Part shown: piece by piece, positions 39,358 to 49,928 of the stretch | Layout of the letters: each line of letters starts with the position of its first letter | How positions within the stretch are numbered: the stretch's first letter is position 1 | Assembly: GCA_022510685.1 (NCBI GenBank) | Contig: JAFLTA010000008.1 | Location: forward strand, 13,786 to 77,785 | Reading direction: 5' to 3' | Length of the DNA: 64,000 bases | From: Lachnospiraceae bacterium | GTDB taxonomy: Bacteria; Bacillota; Clostridia; Lachnospirales; Lachnospiraceae | The notes under the pieces: generated by a model | The model's input: the letters and a program-made list of their open reading frames with translations, nothing else | What the model was told of the DNA's origin: nothing | Databases searched by the model: none | Translations under genes and position numbers: made by a program

Positions 39358-41034
39358 ATGAAGGTATATAGCGGGAAAAGTGTATTCGGCGGTGTGGCAA
39401 TCGGAAAAATCTGTGTTTATAAAAAGACAGAGCAGCTAGTGAGGCGTGAAAAAATCACGGATGTTGAGGCGGAACTCGCACGGTTTGAGGAAGCCAGGGA
39501 AAGGGCTATTGAACAGTTGAAAGGACTCTATGAGAAGGCTTTAAAAGAAGTGGGGGAGGTCAATGCAGCCATATTTGATGTTCACCAGATGATGTTGGAG
39601 GATGAAGATTACAATGAGTCCATCCGGAATATTGTGGGCAACCAGAAAGTGAATGTAGAATATGCGGTTGCACAGACGAGTGATAATTTCGCCCAAATGT
39701 TTGCATCGATGGACGACGATTACATGCGGGAGCGTGCAGCGGATGTCAAGGATATATCAGAGCGTCTTCTGACGGTTTTGGGAGAAAATGACTTTGAGAA
39801 AGGAATGTCTGATGGTGTCAAAGGAGAGGGCAGAGAGGCAAAAGAACCGGTAATCATCGTGGCGGATGACCTGGCACCATCAGAGACCGTGCAGCTTGAC
39901 AAGGATATGGTTCTGTCTTTTGTCACGGTTCATGGCTCCTTGAATTCACACACGGCGATTCTGGCGCGGACAATGGCAATTCCGGCTTTGATTGGTACAC
40001 CTTTACCACTGGACGAGACAGTGGATGGAAAGCTGGGAATCGTAGATGGTGTCGATGGAACCATTTATGTGGAGCCGGACGAGGAGACCCTCGCCAAAAT
40101 GAAAGAGAAACAACGCGGGGAGTTGGAGAAAAAAGAGATGCTACAGACGCTGAAGGGGAGAGAAACTGTCACGGTGGACGGTCAAAAACTGATGTTGTAT
40201 GCCAATATCGGTAACATCAAAGATTTGGCTACCGTTATGCAGAATGATGCAGGGGGAATCGGGCTGTTCCGGAGTGAATTCATTTATCTGGAGAGTGAGC
40301 ACTATCCTACAGAGGAAGAACAGTTTCAGATATACAAGCAGGTGGCGGAGACGATGGCAGGAAAGCGTGTCATCATCCGCACCTTGGATATAGGAGCAGA
40401 TAAGCAGTGTGACTATTTTGAGATGGAGCACGAGGAAAATCCTGCGCTTGGGTACCGTGCCATCCGTATCTGTCTGACGCGACCGGAGGTGTTCAAGACA
40501 CAGCTTCGTGCACTATTGCGTGCCAGTATTTATGGTAAAATTGCAATCATGTATCCCATGATTACCAGTATGGAGGAGATAAAGAGAATCAAGGAAATCG
40601 TCCGGGAGGTCAGGAAAGAGCTGGATACGGAGGGGCTTCGCTATGGTGAGCCTGAACAGGGCATCATGATTGAGACGCCTGCGGCTGCGCTTATCAGCGA
40701 CGAGCTTGCGACAGAGGTGGATTTTTTCAGTATCGGGACGAATGATCTGACACAGTATACGCTTGCGATTGACAGGCAGAATACAAAGCTGGATGAGTTC
40801 TATGACGCCCATCACCCGGCGATTTTAAAGATGATTCGCATGGTTGTGGAAAATGCACATGGAGCGGGAATATGGGCAGGAATCTGTGGGGAGCTGGGTG
40901 CTGACGAGTCTTTGACACGGGAGTTTCTGGCAATGGGTGTAGATGAGTTGTCGGTATCTCCCGGAAGTGTTCTTCCAATCCGTAAGATTGTGTTGGAGAC
41001 AAACGTACAGGAGTATCAGGCGCGCTTGAGATAA
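39358..41034 (+). CDS. ptsI: PTS enzyme I
   Basis: SHTAILAR, GIGLFRSEF, IGTNDLTQY, GICGE. Confidence 0.95.
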   Translation: MKVYSGKSVFGGVAIGKICVYKKTEQLVRREKITDVEAELARFEEARERAIEQLKGLYEKALKEVGEVNAAIFDVHQMMLEDEDYNESIRNIVGNQKVNVEYAVAQTSDNFAQMFASMDDDYMRERAADVKDISERLLTVLGENDFEKGMSDGVKGEGREAKEPVIIVADDLAPSETVQLDKDMVLSFVTVHGSLNSHTAILARTMAIPALIGTPLPLDETVDGKLGIVDGVDGTIYVEPDEETLAKMKEKQRGELEKKEMLQTLKGRETVTVDGQKLMLYANIGNIKDLATVMQNDAGGIGLFRSEFIYLESEHYPTEEEQFQIYKQVAETMAGKRVIIRTLDIGADKQCDYFEMEHEENPALGYRAIRICLTRPEVFKTQLRALLRASIYGKIAIMYPMITSMEEIKRIKEIVREVRKELDTEGLRYGEPEQGIMIETPAAALISDELATEVDFFSIGTNDLTQYTLAIDRQNTKLDEFYDAHHPAILKMIRMVVENAHGAGIWAGICGELGADESLTREFLAMGVDELSVSPGSVLPIRKIVLETNVQEYQARLR

Positions 41035-41129
41035 CATTTGTAATTTGTTCTTTGCTTCCGGTGAGACTTTTGACAGGTTGTTAAAATAAGAAAAATATGA
41101 TAATGTAATAGGGGAAAGGAGTACCTAAG

Positions 41130-42185
41130 ATGAAGCAATATTTTAGAACAAGCAATCAGGGAGATTTGCGAGAAGCAATCAACGGTCTGGAGTCACCGGA
41201 AGCGATTTTATTGATATCTAATGCAGATCAGTTTGAGGAACATGTTGCCCAGCTGGAGGCTGCATTTCCGGGAGTACCCAGTATCGGATGCATTGATATG
41301 TGTTACGATACTAAGGTCATAGAAAAGGGAGTAGGTGTTGTTGCATTTGATGGGGTGACTGCCGTGGCGGGCGTGTTGGAGCAGGTCTCTACCATGCCGG
41401 TGAAATACATACAACGTTTTATGAATGATTTGGACAAGATTAAGGCAGGAACCAAAGATACGGTCTGCATTGATTTTTGTACAGGTAATGACGCCTGTGT
41501 GATGTCTACAGTGGGAACTGTGCTCAGCCAAAAAAAGGTGGCTCTGGTGGGCGGAACCGGTGATGCCGGTAAAGTATCGGTCAATGGTAAGGTATATACG
41601 GATGCAGATGCCTACATATTTGTCAAAAATAATGGTGGAAAAGTAGGTATATATAAAGAGAATATATATAAGCCCATGGAAGCGGGTTACAGATTAATTG
41701 CATCTAAAACGAATCGCGGCAATTATACCATGGGAGATTTGAATAGCAAAGGTGCAAAGCAGGTTTACATGGATATCTTGCAAATTGGTGAGGAGGATAT
41801 CGCAACTCAGACATTCAGGAATCCTTTTGGCAGAATCAATGGTCAGGATATCAGTATTATTGCTATCAGAGATGTAGTAGGAAATACGCTTTCCTGTTAC
41901 AGACAGATAAACGATTCGGACGTGCTTACTCTGCTGGAGCTGAAAGATTACAATGAGGTCGTGGAGGAGACAGTCGCCAAGATAAAAAATGATTTTTCTC
42001 ATATATCTGCAGTATTTTCCATCAACTGTCTGTTCCGCTATTTGCTCTTTGAGCAGAATAATGATATGCAGAAGTATCTGAATTCCATGAGTCAGTTGGG
42101 AAACCATGCAGGTATGGTTGGTTACGGAGAGCACTATAATAATCAGTTTTTGAATCAGACCATGACTTGCGTAGTGTTTGAGTAG
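41130..42185 (+). CDS. FIST domain protein
   Basis: C-terminal SINCLFRY...[23 protein letters not shown] pattern of FIST_C. Confidence 0.75.
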   Translation: MKQYFRTSNQGDLREAINGLESPEAILLISNADQFEEHVAQLEAAFPGVPSIGCIDMCYDTKVIEKGVGVVAFDGVTAVAGVLEQVSTMPVKYIQRFMNDLDKIKAGTKDTVCIDFCTGNDACVMSTVGTVLSQKKVALVGGTGDAGKVSVNGKVYTDADAYIFVKNNGGKVGIYKENIYKPMEAGYRLIASKTNRGNYTMGDLNSKGAKQVYMDILQIGEEDIATQTFRNPFGRINGQDISIIAIRDVVGNTLSCYRQINDSDVLTLLELKDYNEVVEETVAKIKNDFSHISAVFSINCLFRYLLFEQNNDMQKYLNSMSQLGNHAGMVGYGEHYNNQFLNQTMTCVVFE

Positions 42186-42207
42186 AGCAAACAGAGAGAG
42201 GAGAAAT

Positions 42208-43152
42208 ATGTTTCGAAAGAGAAAAGAAGTACAGCAGCCGGAGGAGATAATTATTCAAAAACCGAATTATTATCCCTTCATATATATGGCAAACAGTCTG
42301 AAAGGATTTAAAAAGGAGCTTCTAATCAAAGAAGTTGACTCCTTGGAGGAACTTCAGAAAGTAACAGCGTCCTTTGATGATGTATTGGCAGTAAATACTG
42401 CATCCAAGGAAAAACTGGAGAGCTTTCGTGACCGTTTTGTGCAGGTGGGAGAGATTTCAGAGCAGTTCGCAGAGGTCAAAGAGAATATTGATGCGTCTGT
42501 GGAGCAGGCGCAGCAACAGGTGGGCGGTCTGAAAGACAGTTCCGGTGAAGTACAGGAACATTTCACTGAAATGCAGGATACTTTTAGGGAATTTCAGAAT
42601 TCTGTGCAAAACATCAAGGACTGTATGAGTAAGATTATCTCAATTGCCAATCAGACCAATATGCTTGCCCTGAATGCATCTATTGAGGCAGCGAGGGCAG
42701 GTGAACAAGGTAAGGGGTTTGCAGTCGTTGCCGATGAGGTTAAGGATCTCGCCAGCGGGATTAAGAAACTGATCAATGATGTGGATATTAGTCTCAGCAA
42801 TGTGGAAGAAGGCACGGAAAGACTGAATAGCAGCATCACGATTTCCATGGATGCACTGGGTAAGAGTGTGGAGGAAGTTGAAGCAACTTTTACTGTGTTT
42901 GATCAGATTACAACTGCAGCAGTTGGCGCCAGAGAGGTGCAGGATAAGATTGGCGATGCTATTGCTGCGTCCGAGAGGGAACTAAATGAGGTTACTCACT
43001 CCTTTGAGCAGACAGAACGGCAGTACCAAGAGTTGATGGGGCATATTGCCAAGGCAAATGATTTGGGAACTACTAAGGGTGCATTGTTTGAAGATATGGA
43101 CAACATGATTTCTCAGATAGATCCTATTGTGGACGAGATGGAAAAATTATAA
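42208..43152 (+). CDS. Soluble methyl-accepting chemotaxis protein
   Basis: [30 protein letters not shown]; no TM segment. Confidence 0.9.
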   Translation: MFRKRKEVQQPEEIIIQKPNYYPFIYMANSLKGFKKELLIKEVDSLEELQKVTASFDDVLAVNTASKEKLESFRDRFVQVGEISEQFAEVKENIDASVEQAQQQVGGLKDSSGEVQEHFTEMQDTFREFQNSVQNIKDCMSKIISIANQTNMLALNASIEAARAGEQGKGFAVVADEVKDLASGIKKLINDVDISLSNVEEGTERLNSSITISMDALGKSVEEVEATFTVFDQITTAAVGAREVQDKIGDAIAASERELNEVTHSFEQTERQYQELMGHIAKANDLGTTKGALFEDMDNMISQIDPIVDEMEKL

Positions 43153-43220
43153 AGACAATTTCACGGGTGTCATCTGTTTCTTCCATTTTGATTTTACCAC
43201 TATTCATAATACATAAAAAT

Positions 43221-43253
43221 AATGCGTAAGTCCAAACGTCGGACTTACGCATT
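43221..43253. terminator. Hairpin between convergent genes
   Basis: AATGCGTAAGTCC...GGACTTACGCATT. Confidence 0.75.
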
Positions 43254-43260
43254 TCGCTTT

Positions 43261-45261
43261 TTAGCCGAGCTTTTTGAATACAGGCATAACGTCAAGAGGA
43301 GTAGCGACGGTAATGGTCTGCTTTCCCTCGTAAACAGCCTTATCGTTAATATTTTCCCATTTTCCTTCGGGAAGATAAACGTCGATTTCTCTTGCGCCAA
43401 GCGTAAGCACGGGAGCAACAAGATAATCGCTGCCGAACATATACTGCTCAGAAAGATTCCAGCACTTTTCATCTTCGGGGAATTCAAAAAACATTGTTCT
43501 TATAAGAGGTGCGCCTGTTTTTGAAGTTTCCTCCATAAGTCCTGCAATATAGTCCTTCATAGAAAGACGAATGTCAAGCCATTTCTTCATAATTTCGTAG
43601 GCTTCATCGCCATAGCTCCACAGCTCGTTAGGATGACCTGTGTAAAGATAGCCGCCGCCGAAGTTTCTATCATCAAGCTTAGGAATATCCCAGTCAGGAC
43701 CACGATTGCCGTGCATACGGAGAATAGGACAAAATACGCCATATTGATACCAGCGGATAAGCAGCTCAATAAAATCGGGATCGTCGTGTTCCTCTGTCAT
43801 AAAGCCGCCTATGTCGGTTGTCCACCAAGGAATACCCGCAAGACCTATATTCTGACCTGCAATGACCTGATCTTTGAAGGACTCAAAATTCGACTGAACA
43901 TCGCCTGTCCATACGAGAATTCTATACTTCTGGCTTCCTACCCATGCTGAACGGCAAAGGTTTACCGCTTCGTGATCACCCATTGCTTCCTGTCCGTTCC
44001 AGAATGCTTCAGCATACTTTTTAGGATACTCACAGCCAACCTTAGAGCCTCTGCCTGTATAATAACGATAGTTGTCGAAATCATATATTACGCTGTCAGG
44101 CTCTGCATTATCAAGCCAGAAAAGGTCGATGCCCCAGTCGCGGTAATTCTTCTTACATTTGCCCCATACAAATTCCTGAGCCTCGGGATTAAAGAAGTCA
44201 ACAGTTCCGCAGTCGCCTTCATAATCATAGGTCTGGATAGAGCCTGTTTCGGTTGTACTAATGAGAGCTTTCTGCTCCATTTCGTTGTAATTTTCGCTTC
44301 TCTTATCTACAGAAGGCCATACGGAAACCATGACCTTTGTTCCCATTGCGTGAAGCTCATCTGTCATAGCCTTTACAGAATCTTTATTCCAATATTTTTC
44401 GTCAAATCTCCAGTCGCCCTGATATGGCCAATGGAAAAAGTCAATAACGATGACATCAAGTTTTATGCCAAGTTCTTTGTATCTTCTTGCAACCTCAAGC
44501 ACCTCATCAGGTGTACGGTAACGGAGCTTGCACTGCCATAAACCGAGATAATCCTTGCTCATAACGGGAGCACGGCCAACGCACTCGGTATAGTTTGTAA
44601 CAATCTCGGCAGGAGTGTCATCAGCGGTGATCCAGTAATCCACCATATCGCTTTCGTCGGCAATCCACTTGGTAATATTTGTGCCAAATGCCGCTTCGCC
44701 TGTTGCAGGGTTGTTCCAAAGCATACCGTAACCTTTGCTTGAAATAACAAAAGGAACGCTTACCTGTGAGTTTCTCTGTTCAAGAGGAAGAATAGAGCCT
44801 TTAAGGTTAAGGATAGGCATCTGATACTGTCCCATGCCGAAAAGCTTTTCTTCCTGGTCAGACTCAAAGCGTACTGTGATTTTAAATCCATCGGAAGAAA
44901 GTCCCTTGTACTCCCTTGATTTTGTCTTGTAGCAGATAGCCCCCTTGCGGATAGAACCATGATAATAGCTGTAATATTCCTGAAGAATAAGCTCGTCATC
45001 CTTATAGAATGTGATAATTCCAACAAGGTTGATGGTAGCCTTGATTTTGCCGTTTACGATTTCGGCTGTTTCTGCTTCGTTATTGATAGTAACAACTGCA
45101 TTATGCGTGACCTTTTCGGACAAAGCGTGCTCATCCTCCGGCATTCTTTGCAGAAGAGTTGTTCTTACTCGAAGAGCATTTTTGCCCCAACCTTCAATTC
45201 GAATCGTTTCGTTTCTAAAACGTGCAATGAGAGCGCCGTTTTCTTCAAAAAATCTTATCAT
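43261..45261 (-). CDS. Glycoside hydrolase family 31 (alpha-xylosidase/glucosidase-like)
   Basis: GLWQCKLRY, IVIDFFHW, FWLDNAEPD, VWTGD, TDIGGF, LRMHG, YMFG. Confidence 0.93.
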   Translation of the reverse strand: MIRFFEENGALIARFRNETIRIEGWGKNALRVRTTLLQRMPEDEHALSEKVTHNAVVTINNEAETAEIVNGKIKATINLVGIITFYKDDELILQEYYSYYHGSIRKGAICYKTKSREYKGLSSDGFKITVRFESDQEEKLFGMGQYQMPILNLKGSILPLEQRNSQVSVPFVISSKGYGMLWNNPATGEAAFGTNITKWIADESDMVDYWITADDTPAEIVTNYTECVGRAPVMSKDYLGLWQCKLRYRTPDEVLEVARRYKELGIKLDVIVIDFFHWPYQGDWRFDEKYWNKDSVKAMTDELHAMGTKVMVSVWPSVDKRSENYNEMEQKALISTTETGSIQTYDYEGDCGTVDFFNPEAQEFVWGKCKKNYRDWGIDLFWLDNAEPDSVIYDFDNYRYYTGRGSKVGCEYPKKYAEAFWNGQEAMGDHEAVNLCRSAWVGSQKYRILVWTGDVQSNFESFKDQVIAGQNIGLAGIPWWTTDIGGFMTEEHDDPDFIELLIRWYQYGVFCPILRMHGNRGPDWDIPKLDDRNFGGGYLYTGHPNELWSYGDEAYEIMKKWLDIRLSMKDYIAGLMEETSKTGAPLIRTMFFEFPEDEKCWNLSEQYMFGSDYLVAPVLTLGAREIDVYLPEGKWENINDKAVYEGKQTITVATPLDVMPVFKKLG

Positions 45262-45382
45262 TTCGATACCTCCGATATAAATTGGTGTTGACCGCGCGTC
45301 AATTTTATAGCATAATTATAACACCAGATAAGGATGTGCAATATAATAAAATCCTCTAAAACTATGAAAATATCGTCAAAAG

Positions 45383-46336
45383 GTGAAGCAAATGTCTATT
45401 GTTGATTATAATGTTATAAATGATAATACGAATTACGGATTGAATCCTCCTTTTAAATCCGATGAAACAGGCTTACACGGAAAAGCTGAATTTCCGATTG
45501 CAGTTTATCACGCTGATGTCACAAACAATTTTGTAAGCTGGCATTGGCACGAAGAACTTGAAATGGGTTTTGTTGTGGAAGGCAGCGTATTAATGGAGTG
45601 TGGAAATGAAAAAATTACGCTTCATAAAGGAGATATTTATTTTCTCAACTCCAACACTCTTCACGCTCTGTTCAGATGTGCCGCAGAACCCAAAAGTGTA
45701 TTTCGCTCCATTGTAGTGCACAGTTCAATCGTCGGCGGCAAAGAAGACAGCATTTATCACAAGAAATATCTTTTGCCTATTATTGAAAATGGTAATTTGC
45801 GTGAACTCATAATCACTGTGGGAAACAGAAACTACTCAAAAATTTACAGTCTATTGACAAATATCTGGAATGCAGTAAATTTGGAGATTACGGATTGTGA
45901 GCTTACCGTAAGAAATGAGCTTTCCTTGCTTTTTCAGATACTTATTCATTTATCGGAAAATGATATGCATTCCTATCCCGCAGCAAACATCACGCAGGAA
46001 ACAAGGCTTCGTGATATGCTAAACTTTATGCATAATCATTATAACGAAAAAATCACCCTTGATGATATTGCAGCTGCAGCATTAATCAGCAAAAGTGAAG
46101 TTCTCAGATGTTTCAAGAATATTATAGGTCAGTCGCCTATTGGGTATCTGAAAAACTATCGGCTTCGCAATGCGGTATATATGATACAGAACACTTCATA
46201 CTCAATCAACACAATCTGTGAACTTTGCGGTTTTGACGATCACAGCTACTTTTCAAAATCGTTCAAGGCTATTTATGGATGCAGTCCCAGAGATTATAAA
46301 AATCAAAGTATAGAAAAAAGAAATAAAAACTCTTAG
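45383..46336 (+). CDS. AraC family regulator with cupin domain
   Basis: WHWHEELE; C-terminal CGFDDHSYFSKSFKAIYGCSPRDYK. Confidence 0.92.
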   Translation: MKQMSIVDYNVINDNTNYGLNPPFKSDETGLHGKAEFPIAVYHADVTNNFVSWHWHEELEMGFVVEGSVLMECGNEKITLHKGDIYFLNSNTLHALFRCAAEPKSVFRSIVVHSSIVGGKEDSIYHKKYLLPIIENGNLRELIITVGNRNYSKIYSLLTNIWNAVNLEITDCELTVRNELSLLFQILIHLSENDMHSYPAANITQETRLRDMLNFMHNHYNEKITLDDIAAAALISKSEVLRCFKNIIGQSPIGYLKNYRLRNAVYMIQNTSYSINTICELCGFDDHSYFSKSFKAIYGCSPRDYKNQSIEKRNKNS

Positions 46337-46477
46337 ATTAGTAGCTGACTGGGCGAAAAAGGTGGTATATTACATGATGATTACCATACAATGTATGATG
46401 TAACAAAGCTCGTGCTGTCAAAGGGATATGAATTGGTGGAGCATGAATCCACGAATAATGGATCAGGGAGGTAAGTG

Positions 46478-47443
46478 ATGAGTACAGAATTTGATGTAGT
46501 GGCATTGGGAGAATTACTGATTGATTTTACAGAGAATGGTACAAGCGGACAAGGGAATCCAGTTTTTGAAGCCAATCCGGGCGGGGCTCCTTGTAATGTA
46601 CTTGCCATGTTAAACCGGCTGGGGCATCGGACCGGATTTATCGGTAAAGTTGGGCAGGATATGTTCGGAATGCAGTTGGAGAAAGCATTAGAGGAAGTTG
46701 GTATTTGTACGGATGGTCTGGTTAAGGATGAAAAAATCCATACAACACTGGCATTTGTCCATACGTTTGAAGGTGGAGAACGGGATTTTTCTTTTTACCG
46801 AAATCCTGGTGCGGATATGATGCTGGCAGAAGCAGAATTGAATATCAGTATGCTTGAGAATTGTCGCATTTTCCATTTTGGTTCTCTGTCTTTGACGGAT
46901 GAAATGTGTCGTAATGCTACAAAAAAGGCAATCAAAATAGCAAAGGAAAGCGGGGCAGTCATTTCCTTTGACCCAAACCTGCGTGAGCCATTATGGGAGT
47001 CTCTGGATGCAGCAAAAGAGCAGATTGATTATGGTATGAGCCAGTGCGATATTTTAAAAATTTCTGATAACGAAATTCAGTGGTTTACCGGAGAGCAGGA
47101 TTATGATAAAGGAGTGGCTTATTTACAGTCAAAATATCCGATTCGCCTCATTCTGGTGTCTATGGGAAAGGACGGCAGCAGGGCATATGTGGATGGAATG
47201 TGTGTGCAGGCAGATTCCTTTTTACAGGAGCATACAATAGAGACGACAGGAGCCGGAGATACCTTCTGTGCCTGTGTGTTGCACTATGTGCTGGAACAGG
47301 GGATTCAGGAGTATGATGAGGAGAAGTTAAAGACCATGTTGACTTTTGCCAATGCCGCCGCTTCATTGATTACAACGAAAAAAGGGGCACTTCGGGTTAT
47401 GCCGGATAAGACGGAGATTGATAGATTGATAGAAAGCAGATAA
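46478..47443 (+). CDS. PfkB family carbohydrate kinase (fructokinase-like)
   Basis: GELLIDF, GGAPCNV, SFDPNLR, TTGAGDTF. Confidence 0.92.
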   Translation: MSTEFDVVALGELLIDFTENGTSGQGNPVFEANPGGAPCNVLAMLNRLGHRTGFIGKVGQDMFGMQLEKALEEVGICTDGLVKDEKIHTTLAFVHTFEGGERDFSFYRNPGADMMLAEAELNISMLENCRIFHFGSLSLTDEMCRNATKKAIKIAKESGAVISFDPNLREPLWESLDAAKEQIDYGMSQCDILKISDNEIQWFTGEQDYDKGVAYLQSKYPIRLILVSMGKDGSRAYVDGMCVQADSFLQEHTIETTGAGDTFCACVLHYVLEQGIQEYDEEKLKTMLTFANAAASLITTKKGALRVMPDKTEIDRLIESR

Positions 47444-47495
47444 AAAGGGGACTATATAAAGTGTTTTATGGTTGTAGGGATTTACGATTCTACAA

Positions 47496-47612
47496 CTTGC
47501 TTTCTTTACCCAGCTGTTCTTTATCCAGCCTTTGGTTCGTACCTTGTTCAAAGTGCTCTTTGTCAGGGATAAAGTCAGAAAAGGAAATGCGGAGTCAATA
47601 TCTGCAGCATAA
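47496..47612 (+). pseudogene. 3' remnant of a membrane-protein gene (DUF2798-like C-terminus)
   Basis: Reads LAFFTQLFFIQPLVRTLFKVLF...*, with an in-frame stop at 47475 and no start; followed by hairpin 47682-47712. Confidence 0.5.
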
Positions 47613-47908
47613 ACTTATGATTCAGAGTAATATGTAGAACAAACCGGTTTGTAATAATTGCTTTATTTGATCTGATGTTTTGGAGAGCGGTTTTGAAATA
47701 GAATCGCTCTCCGTTATTTTGTATTTCTAATCTTAAAATCAGATGGTGCTATATTAACTGTTATATAAACGAGAATACGTCTCTTAGAAGGTTGGTGGTC
47801 ATTGCATTTATGAAGAACTGACATGGTCGAATGGATTTTGTTTTATCAAATTTTCGAGAGAATATATGGGCTATAGAGACAACCTTTCTTTTTTACTGCA
47901 TTAAATAA

Positions 47909-47976
47909 TATGCCTAAAAAGTATAGATAAGTATTTGATATAGGTATTTGATATTTGTGTGCAGTTATCCTATACT
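47909..47976 (+). promoter_or_regulatory. LysR-type box plus promoter, copy 1
   Basis: TATGCCTAAAAAGTATA; TTGATA-N17-TATACT starts 39 bp after the box start. Confidence 0.7.
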
Positions 47977-48049
47977 GAGTACATAAATACGAGGAGCGCA
48001 TTATATCCTGACTATTTTTAGAAACAGTTTGTAAGAGGTGAGATTAGAT

Positions 48050-48541
48050 ATGAAAAAATTATTTGTTATATATATGGCTCTTATGATGGTTATGGGATTT
48101 ACTGCCTGTGGGAGCCCCAATCAACCGTTTGAGAGTGAGATTGCATCTAAAGATAATGATCACATAGCAGGAACGGAGGGAAATACAACTATGAAAATGA
48201 ATGTAACAATAGGTGATAAGTCCTTTACTGCAACACTGGAAGATAATGTTGCTACCCGTGAACTGATTGAAATGATGAAGGAAGCACCTATTTCCATTGA
48301 CATGAATGATTATTCCGGATTTGAAAAGGTCGGACCACTTGGAAGAAGCCTGACTACCGATAATCATCAGACGAAAACTTCTGCCGGAGATATTGTACTC
48401 TATAGTGGTAATCAGATTGTCATGTTTTATGGTTCTAATTCATGGAGTTATACCAGAATTGGCAAGATTGATGACCTGTCCGGATGGGAAGATGCATTAG
48501 GGAACGGCAATATCACAGCGGAATTTTCTCTTGTGGAGTAA
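48050..48541 (+). CDS. Lipoprotein with cyclophilin-like fold domain (variant A)
   Basis: Lipobox FTAC; DYSGFEKVG...[28 protein letters not shown]. Confidence 0.85.
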   Translation: MKKLFVIYMALMMVMGFTACGSPNQPFESEIASKDNDHIAGTEGNTTMKMNVTIGDKSFTATLEDNVATRELIEMMKEAPISIDMNDYSGFEKVGPLGRSLTTDNHQTKTSAGDIVLYSGNQIVMFYGSNSWSYTRIGKIDDLSGWEDALGNGNITAEFSLVE

Positions 48542-48551
48542 TGGCAATAAG

Positions 48552-48619
48552 TATGCCTATTTGCTATATATGAGTATTAAATATAAGCATTTGTTATTCG
48601 TGGAATGCAGTGTTATAGT
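48552..48619 (+). promoter_or_regulatory. LysR-type box plus promoter, copy 2
   Basis: TATGCCTATTTGCTATA; TTGTTA-N17-TATAGT at +39. Confidence 0.7.
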
Positions 48620-48667
48620 AATCTTACAAAGCATTTTAATAAAAATAGGAATGGAAGTGAAAAAGAT

Positions 48668-48913
48668 ATGAAGAGGGATCAGGAACAGGAAAGAACCATC
48701 CAGAATATGAAAGATGCCGGATGCAGTGATGATGCTATTAACAGCTTTTTGCTTTGCTATCAGGCAAATGATGTAAATGGAGAATTACAGGTTCTTTTCC
48801 GGCATAGGAAGAATTTATTGGATAAAATCCACAGAGAGCAGAAAAAGATTGACTGCTTGGATTATCTGGTTTATCAGATTGAACAAAGTGTAAAGTCGGC
48901 AGAAAAGATTTGA
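48668..48913 (+). CDS. Small conserved hypothetical protein
   Basis: IQNMKDAGC...LLDKIHREQKKIDCLDYLVY, helical. Confidence 0.7.
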   Translation: MKRDQEQERTIQNMKDAGCSDDAINSFLLCYQANDVNGELQVLFRHRKNLLDKIHREQKKIDCLDYLVYQIEQSVKSAEKI

Positions 48914-48929
48914 AGCGGAGGGATATGAT

Positions 48930-49850
48930 ATGGAAACCAAAAAAGAGATCAGACAGGAGACATTGACAGGTGAAAGAGCATTATTTCAAGGTGAAAGACT
49001 GCGTATTGTAGACAGTGTATTTATGGATGGAGAATCACCCTTGAAAGAAAGCAGAGATATTGAACTTTATAACAGCCTTTTCCGCTGGAAATATCCTCTC
49101 TGGTACAGCAAAAATATTGTGGCAAAAAACTGTACATGGTTTGAAATGGCTCGAGCCGGAGTATGGTATACTGATAATATTCTGGTAGAAGATGCAGTGA
49201 TTGAGGCACCGAAGAATTTTCGCCGGTGTCATGGGATAAGTCTGAAAAATGTTTCTTTCCCAAATGCTGCTGAGACACTATGGAACTGCGAGAATGTCAG
49301 TGTGGAAAATGTTACAGCACAGGGAGATTACTTTGCCATGAACTGCCAGAATATGGAACTGGATGGATTAACACTAACTGGAAACTATTCCTTTGACGGT
49401 GCAAGAAATGTGGTAATTCGCAATTCTAAGCTGTTATCAAAAGATGCCTTTTGGAATACAGAAAATGTGACGGTATATGATTCTTTCATTTCCGGTGAAT
49501 ATCTGGGATGGAATGCAAAGAATCTGACACTGATTAACTGTACGGTTGAGAGCCTACAGGGAATGTGCTATATTGACAATTTGGTTATGCAGAACTGTAA
49601 GCTGATTAACACAACACTGGCGTTTGAGTATTCATCTGTGGATGCGGAGATTTCCAGTAAAATTGACAGTGTGATGAATCCAAAAAGCGGAATAATTCGG
49701 GCAGATCATATTGAAAAACTGATTTTAGAGAAAGATAAGGTTGATCCGGAAAAAACAAAAATCATCTGTGGAAAACAATCAAAAAAGTGTAAAAAGGAAT
49801 TAAAAGTTCTCACGAACCTGCCATTGAAACAATGTGTCTGTGAAGTGTAA
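48930..49850 (+). CDS. DUF3737 family beta-helix protein
   Basis: GERALF, GESPLKES, WKYPLWY, SKDAFWN, GEYLGWN. Confidence 0.88.
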   Translation: METKKEIRQETLTGERALFQGERLRIVDSVFMDGESPLKESRDIELYNSLFRWKYPLWYSKNIVAKNCTWFEMARAGVWYTDNILVEDAVIEAPKNFRRCHGISLKNVSFPNAAETLWNCENVSVENVTAQGDYFAMNCQNMELDGLTLTGNYSFDGARNVVIRNSKLLSKDAFWNTENVTVYDSFISGEYLGWNAKNLTLINCTVESLQGMCYIDNLVMQNCKLINTTLAFEYSSVDAEISSKIDSVMNPKSGIIRADHIEKLILEKDKVDPEKTKIICGKQSKKCKKELKVLTNLPLKQCVCEV

Positions 49851-49928
49851 CAATATAGGAGAAAATGGAGGAAATATCTTCTTTTTTCTGGCATTAAATA
49901 TTTTGCGTTTCATCCGGAGGTGATATTA

